From Chrysomallon squamiferum (Eukaryota > Animalia > Mollusca): DNA of 64,000 nt. The stretch is taken from assembly GCA_012295275.1 (NCBI GenBank), contig CM022676.1:11346001-11410000 (forward strand). The letters are read 5' to 3'. Shown here in pieces: positions 53,949-64,000 of this stretch (its first letter is position 1; every line of letters starts with the position of its first letter). The notes below the pieces were generated by a model. It was not told the DNA's origin. It searched no databases and saw only the letters and a list, made by a program, of their open reading frames with translations. Made by a program: the position numbers and the translations under genes.

Positions 53949-54514
53949 CACACAATGATGTAAATCAATGATATCTGAACGTCTGTTCACAGTTTTACGC
54001 AGACATTCAAACTGACAACAATGGTTTTTGATGAACTAAAGCAACTTGATACCGGGAAGCTCAAGAAGCTCAACGTTTGTTTGTTTGTGTAAAACTTACC
54101 AAACTGTTAATTTGCCACATTCAGTGCTAGTTGCTATGGTAAGCGCCATTTTACGATGTCTGTTTTGAAATTGTCCGGCTTAGATCCATTCGTAACATTA
54201 CTGGATTAATTCAGAACTGTTACAAATACCAGTTTTTAGGATTCACTGAAGAGTGTTAGATATACTACTATTTTATTATTTTGTTATCTTTTATATCCAT
54301 ATTCTACGAGGATATCGATTTAAGTTTTCTGTTTGTCTGTGTGTACAACATCACTGGTTATTATTTTAAATTATTTTCTTTTAAAACAGGTGAACGTGAA
54401 AAACATTCAATACCCGATTTACTGAGAAATACTACTTTCAAGTCAGAAGTATTGAATATTCGATGTGTATTTCTAACTGAGACACATACTTTCATCTGAA
54501 CAGTACAGTGACCG

Positions 54515-56374
<1,860 letters not shown>

Positions 56375-58310
56375 AATGACGTCAAAGTGTTCCATGGCAA
56401 AGTTTACAGAAATGATGCGTGGTGTATGAAAAACAGTAGTATCCACAGAAATGACCTCATGATTTCTCAAAACCAGTAGTATTTATAGAAATTACGTCAT
56501 AATGTGTTAAGAGTAATAGTATTCACATAAATGACGTCAGAATTCGCAATACTAGAAATATTCATAACAATGACGTCACGTTATTGTTAATAGTTTAATC
56601 ATGCTTTCACTCTGCTGCAGAATAGCTATAGCTATGAAGACAACTGCTGTTATCATTTGCTTTTGTTGACAATTGTTATTATATATATGCATGTATGTCT
56701 GAGTCTAAATATGTCTACTTTGTTTTCTATGGTGCATAAATTTATGCTTTGTGTGTAGCTTTGTGTACATATTTACTTATTTAATTATTTATTTAATTAT
56801 TTATTTATATATTTATTTACTTATTTATTTAGCTGTTTTCACATACTGTGGTCTGAGTTAGGAAATAAATGTTATGTAACAGGAATCAATCCTCAGTTTG
56901 ATAATTGAGTAATATTCCATTGCAGTGAATTCTCCACGTGTTGACAAAAGTATGTGGTATGTGTTATCCTGTCTATGTGCAGATCATTTGCTGCTTATTG
57001 GTAAAATGCTTTGTGAATCAAATCAGCGAGTTTCCTCTCTGATGATATCAAACACGAAACACAGAATTGACAGTAACCTTTCACTGGCATATTAATACAA
57101 ATGTGTTAATACAGATGAGTTAATACAGATGTGTTTGTACAAATGTTTCAGTTCAAATGTGTTAATACAGACATGTAAATACAAATGTTTCAACAGAGAT
57201 GTTTTAATCATACGTTGTAATACAGATGTTGTAATACGAAAGACTCTGTTAATAAAAACATGTTAAGCCCATGTTTTAATCAAATATTTTAGTTAAGATG
57301 TTTTACATTGTTCTTAATGTTATTCAAGTAAGAAAGAAGAAACTCAACATCAGCGTTTAAAATAAATGGGAAGAATTCGATCAATTAACAATTCCTGAAG
57401 CTTACAATAACATTAGAGAATTTGTTTTCTCTTTGACATCTGAACATTTTATATTAGTGCATTCTGTAATAGCAAGAACAACAATAATAGTTATAAGGTT
57501 GAGAAGAAGAAGAAGAAAACATGAAGAAGAACAAGAAGAATAATTAGTGGCAGCAGTATTAATAGCATAACAAAACTGATAGAAATAACAATAAACTAAG
57601 AGAAAGAAACCGATGATGATAACGATGATAAATCACATAAATATTATATTTACATTTTCAAAAATCTTTAAAGCTAAATGATGATATATATATACATTAA
57701 TAGTAAGATTATTTTGAAATAAAGAAAATAAACAAATGAATAAACAATAAAATCAATGAACAAACAGAAAATAATTAAATACGTGTCAAACATTTTATAA
57801 TTCTGTTCGCCTGAATGTCTGTTGTTTGACGAGTAGAGAAAAGACGACAGTGAAATTTTTTATTATTATTTCATTGTGTAGTTTTTTAAGTTTTGCTAAT
57901 CGATAACTGATTTGTCTGTGTCGTGTTTTACAAATTGATCAACTGTATTCTTTTGTAACACTGTTCATATAAACAGTTCTCTACACCGAACAACATAACA
58001 CAATAATATATAAAAAGAAGTCAGTCAGTATTTTATTAAATCGTTTACTTGTGAACTAGATGTGTAACCATACAATATCGACAAAACTTCAGTGTTTGAA
58101 ATAAATATTTTATTGTACTGACAAAACAGCTGATTGGTTGCAGGTAGAACATAACAAAAACTAACGTCCTACAAATAACCTTTCATTTTTGAAAACAGAA
58201 CTTCGAAGTACAACTAGAAAACTGATACTGAAATTACACCGCAGTATTATTTTGAGGATTTATAAACCAAGTATCAAGTGACGTCAGTGTTAGGAATAGC
58301 GAGGTTAGAT

Positions 58311-61300
58311 ATGTACATTCTAGGTGTCACAGAATTCAGACAGTCTGTTTACCTTATTACAGTTTTAATCAGTTTCATAGTTCAGTTGTCTTATCAAAGT
58401 TCGTGTGGTAACAAAACATTTCGTGTTTCTTTTCTGTACAACGACTTGAAACCTCTGGAAACACCTTTATCCAGTCGCACTGTGTCCAGACAAGTATGCG
58501 CCATGAACTGTTTTGATGACGTCACGTGTACAGGAATTTTCGCAGACCATGACGTATGCTATATGTACAGTAAGAGATTTTATTTACTGTCGTTTGTCAA
58601 ACAAACTGGAATGAAAGCCTATGGTAAGTACTGTGTTGATCACCTGTAACATACACTCGCTGCTAATTCTAAACTTAAGTTCAGTACATTACAGTGTCTG
58701 GCCTCATTTTAGAACAAATTCAGTTCATTTCTTAACAAACACGCCTAAACTAGTTACCAGTGGTAACCGTTTCTCCGTGTGTAAGTGTCACCTAGAAAAA
58801 TTTAATAAGAAAATTGTATATGTATTACTTTAATAAATTAACATAAATATTTGGATAAATGGAAGGTCGGACTGAAGGACAGACGAATGGAGGAATGCAT
58901 AGATGGATGGATGGAAGGACAGAAGTTCAGATTTATGTATATTGCGTTCATACACTTTTTGTTGTTCTTCTAGAACATGTTTCAGGAAAACCTGGTGACT
59001 GCTATGACGTCATGATGCAGGGAAATTACGTCAATGGAGTTTTCACAATTAAACCACGTGATGGGGGAGATTCATTTGATGCGTTTTGTGAAATTTCACA
59101 CAACACTGAGGCGTGGCTGGTAAGTTAAACTTTTCTCTTGTTTCTTCGTAATTGTTTTTTCTTCTATCTTTCTGTTTCTTTCCAGAAATAAACAAAGACT
59201 CGTATATCTACCAGTGTATGTATGTATGTGTGTATGTCTGTATGTATGTTTGTAAGAATGCATCTATATATGTATGTGTGTATGTACGAGTCTATGTTTA
59301 TTTCTGGTTTTTCAGTGAGTAAGTACAGATGTCATAATGTATTAGAAGTAATAGTAGTAGTAGCATTAATAGTAGTTGTTGCTGTAAGAGTAATATCAGT
59401 AGTAGCAATATTAGCATTAGTAGTAATAACAGTATTAGTAGCAGCAGCACTACCTAGTCTTAGTCGTAGTAGTTCTTGTTGTTGTAATTGTAGTAGTAAA
59501 AGCGGTGGTGATTGAAAAGACAGTTGTGTAGTGTGATGATATTTTAATGTTTTTCAGGTTATTCAGAGACGGACAGACGGATCAGAAGAGTTCTACAGAG
59601 GATGGGATGATTATAAAACCGGATTCGGAAACGTAACAAATGAATTCTGGTTAGGTACGTTTATCATTCTGTCTGTGTCTGTTTGTGTGGTTTCGAGTCT
59701 ATGTGTATAACTGTATGTATCTATATGTACGTATGTATGTACGTATTTATGTATTTACGTCTGTATGTATGTATTATGTATGTATGTACCTATGTACGTA
59801 TGTATGTACGTATGTATGTATGTATGTAGTATGTATGTATGTATGTATGTATTATGTATTATGTATGTATGTATGTATGTATGTATGTATGTATGTATGT
59901 ATGTATGTATGTATGTATGTATGTATGTATGTATGTATGTATATGTATGCATGTACTCAAACATAGAGAATTAATTTCTGTGATGATGTTTGTTTCTTTT
60001 AACTGTAGCTAACAACTGTTTTAGTTTACCAGAAAGTGCTCTGTATTTTAGGAAACGAAAACATACACAGATTAACAAGTCAAGATAAATATGACCTGAG
60101 AATTGACTTGGAAGATTTTGACGGGAATACAGCCTACGCTGAGTATAAAGATTTTTCTGTGAGTTCAGAGGCAGACGGTTTCCGGTTGTCAATAGGAGCG
60201 TACAGTGGAAATGCTGGTAAGTGTATTTAAGATATAAAACATGTGAGATATACGTGATGTTTGTCGCTTACAGTCGTTATCCTATATATTAACAAAAATA
60301 ACTGAATAGATAAATAAATACAAATAAAAAAGTCTTGTTCTAACAGATTTATACTCATCGTTCGTTGATTCATATATTCTTTCATATTTCGTTCTTCAGG
60401 TTTCACAACGGTGAAATGAATAAATAAATGAATAAATAAACAAATACGTAGAAAAACAAGAAAAAAAATCAGGTGCATTAACATGTAGCTTTGTCTAGTA
60501 ATATTTATTTCTCTTTATTTTCTGATCCTGATAATAACTAACCAGTCAATATGTCTGTACGTACGTTTAGAGGTTTCTAAGTACGTTCATATATCTCTAC
60601 AATAATGAAATGTTTAATTTCCTCTTCACACCTCAATGCTTCCTCTGTTACTTGCAACGTTCCCAGAGTCAATAAATTACTTTTAATCTTGTAATAGTGT
60701 TTTACTTGTTATAGAATGACACTTATATCAGAAGGTGTTTGTAGAACTTCCATGCTGCCAGTCTGTTAGAACAAGCTATAAAAAAAATGATATCCTCTCA
60801 CATTAATATCATTATACAAAACAAATATATTTTGTTTCTAGAATAACCTGCTAACTTTTGATGTTATTGCAGAAATTTCTTAAATATTCATTAATTCGCT
60901 AATCTAAAAATTCAGTTATTCGTTTAGTCACTCTTTTATTCCATCTTTTCGTGACAGATTTATTTATAACAGCCTTTCCTTTTCATTAATGCGTTTTTAC
61001 TTCCTATTTTATTTCTTCACAAATTCTCACTAGTTATGTTTAATTTAATCAGGGGATGCTCTCGAGATACAGAATCATTGCAAGTTTTCCACAAAAGACA
61101 AAGATTTAGACAAATCCCGAGGAAGCTGTGCTGCTCTGTTTAAAGGCGCCTGGTGGTACAATGCGTGTCATCGTTCAAATCTGAATGGTCAGTATCTCAG
61201 AGGCAGCCATTCCTCAAAGGCTGATGGTGTAAACTGGTTAAAATGGCGAGGTCAGTATTACTCACTGAAGACAAGCGTTATGAAGATCAGACCGTCACCA

Positions 61301-61312
61301 TTGGTGAACTGA
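58311..61312 (+). CDS. Copy I (type 2) PAN + fibrinogen-domain protein, about 326 aa; exons 58311-58623, 58974-59119, 59558-59654, 60052-60216, 61053-61312
   Basis: GT-AG introns. The last exon is missing from the ORF track and translates as [86 protein letters not shown]. Confidence 0.9.
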
Positions 61313-61742
61313 CATGATGTCTCACAGTCACAGAAATGACGTATGTTTCGAAGTTACTATTATTTCCAGAAATGACGTGATGATATATTTCATGGCCGTT
61401 AGTATTCGTAGTTAATTACGTCATGATATATTTCGTGGTCAGTGGTAACGACGTCACGAAATACCACGTTTTATAATTTATTAATTGTAAATGTTACTAA
61501 TGACTAAAGATATTTTTAACAAAAAGTGTATTATCGAAAGAAACGTTAAAACAAATTAAACGAATGTCTGTTACATATCGTCTTGTGGTTATTTCACTGA
61601 ATGTAAAATATCTGTGCAGGTTTATTTATTTATTTATTTAGTTAGTTAGTTAGTTGTTTGTTTGTTTGTTTGTAATGTTTTAAAAGCTTTGGTCCACTAA
61701 ATGTTTAGCATGTTTATCTTTTTTCCTTCAGTGTTTTGTCCA

Positions 61743-62512
61743 AGAGTGTTAATATGTTAGTGAATGTGTTAGAGAAAGAAGAGTGAATAATATTCTAGTG
61801 TTAGTATGTTAGTGAATGTGTTAGAGAAAGACTAGTGAATAATATTCTAGAGTGTTAGTATGTTAGTGAATGTGTTAGAGAAAGACTAGTGAATAATATT
61901 CTAGAGTGTTAGTATGTTAGTGAATGTGTTAGAGAAAGAAGAGTGAATAATATTCTAGAGTGTTAGTATGTTAGTGAATGTGTTAGAGAAAGAAGAGTGA
62001 ATAATATTCTAGAGTGTTAGTATGTTAGTGAATGTGTTAGAGAAAGAATAGTGAATAATATTCTAGAGTGTTAGTATGTTAGTGAATGTATTAGAGAAAG
62101 AAGAGTGAATAATATTCTAGAGTGTTAGTATGTTAGTGAATGTGTTAGAGAAAGAATAGTGAATAATATTCTAGAGTGTTAGTATGTTAGTGAATGTGTT
62201 AGAGAAAGAAGAGTGAATAATATTCTAGAGTGTTAGTATGTTAGTGAATGTGTTAGAGAAAGAAGAGTGAATAATATTCTAGTGTTAGTATGTTAGTGAA
62301 TGTGTTAGAGAAAGAAGAGTGAATAATATTCTAGTGTTAATATGTTAGTGAATGTGTTAGAGAAAGAATAGTGAATAATATTCTAGAGTGTTAGTATGTT
62401 AGTGAATGTGTTAGAGAAAGAAGAGTGAATAATATTCTAGAGTGTTAGTATGTCAGTGAATGTGTTAGAGAAAGAATAGTGAATAATATTCTAGAGTGTT
62501 AGTATGTTAGAG
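61743..62512. repeat. 54-bp minisatellite (AGAGTGTTAGTATGTTAGTGAATGTGTTAGAGAAAGAAGAGTGAATAATATTCT), about 14 copies
   Basis: Period 54 (61805, 61859). Confidence 0.95.
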
Positions 62513-62939
62513 AAAAGTGAAGTTGATGTGAGATTACACCAGCACAGAATCCTATACATTTGATACAGGAGTCACGTGATGTTTGATCATCTATAACAAG
62601 ACTTTAAGCAGACGTCAAACCATTGCTGTTGGTTTCAATCTCCTTTAAAGAAATCAGTAAACTTATCTGCCAATCTAAACTACAAGACACAAGATGAAAC
62701 ATGCGCCACATCTGTCCGTCTGGTGACTTCACACATTCTAAACGTGGATTGTCATGTGACTATTGGTGGACTAGTTCTACGGTTAGTTGTGGTATTCCAC
62801 ACTCCATTGGAAAACCAAGTGTGGAAAAGTGTATTGCTAAATAATTAACAGCAACAAGTAGAACATCCCACACATGTGCATGGCGACATCTTAGAGATCA
62901 CTGACCCGGGACTGTGAGATCATTACGGGTTGACTCTCA

Positions 62940-63600
62940 CAAGACCATTGCGCAGTCAGCTTAGATGATTACAGCACGCTTCATGATAGTCTCCAGTCAG
63001 TCTACATGAAGGTCCACTCGATCGAATCTGCCCTGCTCCAGATACAGAATTTCAGCCTCTGGATAAAGTTTGTTTGACTGTGCTTGTTCTTCTCGACTGT
63101 GTTTGAAACTATCGACCCTGCCACATTACTGCGACGCCTTGAACATCACTTCAGTATCTCTGATAGACCACTGTCCTGGATGAATTCGTACTTCTCTGTT
63201 AGATATCAAACTGGTTCTTACTGGTGAACTGTCTGCACCTCTGCATAGAGAGTACCAGGTAGGGATTAGTTCTACGTCATGCGCATCAAACCACTTGGCA
63301 TCATGAAGACCATCAATTGCATGCTGACGACATACACCACCTACACCTGACACTGAAACCAAGAGACAACGTGATTCAACATGACACACTGGACTGTTCA
63401 GACGTGATTCAACATGACACACTGGACTGTTCAGACGTGATTCAACATGACACACTGGACTGTTCAGACGTGATTCAACATGACACACTGGACTGTTCAG
63501 AAAGCTGCATCACAGACATCGAGACCGGAATGCTTCGTCACAGGCTGAAACTGAATGCTGACAAAACCGAGCTGATAGTTTTCACAGCTAAACATACCTC
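62940..63600 (+). mobile_element. Decayed non-LTR retrotransposon (L2/CR1-group) reverse-transcriptase fragment
   Basis: Frameshifted pieces QSVYMKVHSIESALLQIQN (cf. QSAYRxxHSTETALL), VLVLLD/FETID..LLRRLEHHFSI...LSWMNSY (cf. LDLSAAFDTIDH..LL.RL), HADD (cf. YADD) and CITDI..M..HRLKLNADKTELIVF. Confidence 0.85.
63371..63502. repeat. 33-bp tandem repeat x4 inside the LINE fragment
   Basis: GTGATTCAACATGACACACTGGACTGTTCAGAC repeated. Confidence 0.95.
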
Positions 63601-64000
63601 AAAGGACACCATATCAGTTACTGTGGTGCAGTGGGTGAGACATCGTGGTGCTATGGCTATCTAGCATCAGTTGAAGCGTTGCTCAATTAATTATCTTAAA
63701 CACGTTTCAAATTTGACTCTTATCTTTGCTACCATTTTAACATATTCACCATTATGTTAACATTATTTAACTGTTTGTATCCATGAACTTTTCTATTTTA
63801 CTTTATTAGTTTACCCTGGAACTTTAGTATGGAACACATAAAAACTATATAAATATGGTATAATAATAATAATAATAACAACAACAACAACAACAATAAT
63901 AATAATTTATTATATATATATTAATTGTACTCTATTATTGTTTAACTTCGTGACAACCTGAATTCTCATGACGATGAAACTGTTGTTGCTTGCCATTGTT

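Noticed and set aside
57085-57305. Degenerate ~18-bp TAATACAGATGTGT repeat between H and I
   Set aside because: Short and decayed; no further structure or function evident.
63126-63488. Minus-strand ORF with CHVESRLNSPV repeats
   Set aside because: Antisense reading of the 33-bp repeat and the LINE RT fragment.

Overview
AT-rich, microsatellite-dense eukaryotic (invertebrate metazoan, probably molluscan; inferred) scaffold. It holds a tandem cluster of nine copies of a five-exon gene encoding a signal peptide, a PAN/apple-type domain and a C-terminal fibrinogen-related (FBG/FReD) domain. I reconstructed exon boundaries by hand: exon lengths 334 (or 313)/146/97/165/254-278 bp, intron phases 1-0-1-1. 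There are two subfamilies. Type 1 comprises copies A-E on the minus strand and G, H on the plus strand; type 2 comprises F and I on the plus strand. A runs off the window, G is cut by an assembly gap and D is disrupted. Divergence between paralogues is concentrated in the ligand-binding last exon, and exon 1 shows patchwork exchange between copies. The duplication units carry minisatellites (39-bp core+(GTT)n, 91, 34, 27 and 54 bp) with very different copy numbers per unit. A decayed L2/CR1-type LINE reverse-transcriptase fragment lies at the right end. Two 200-N gaps bound a middle contig that may be mis-oriented, in which case B and H could be alleles of one locus. The long ORFs in the ORF track are repeat artefacts. 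No database searches were possible; family assignments rest on motif recognition.
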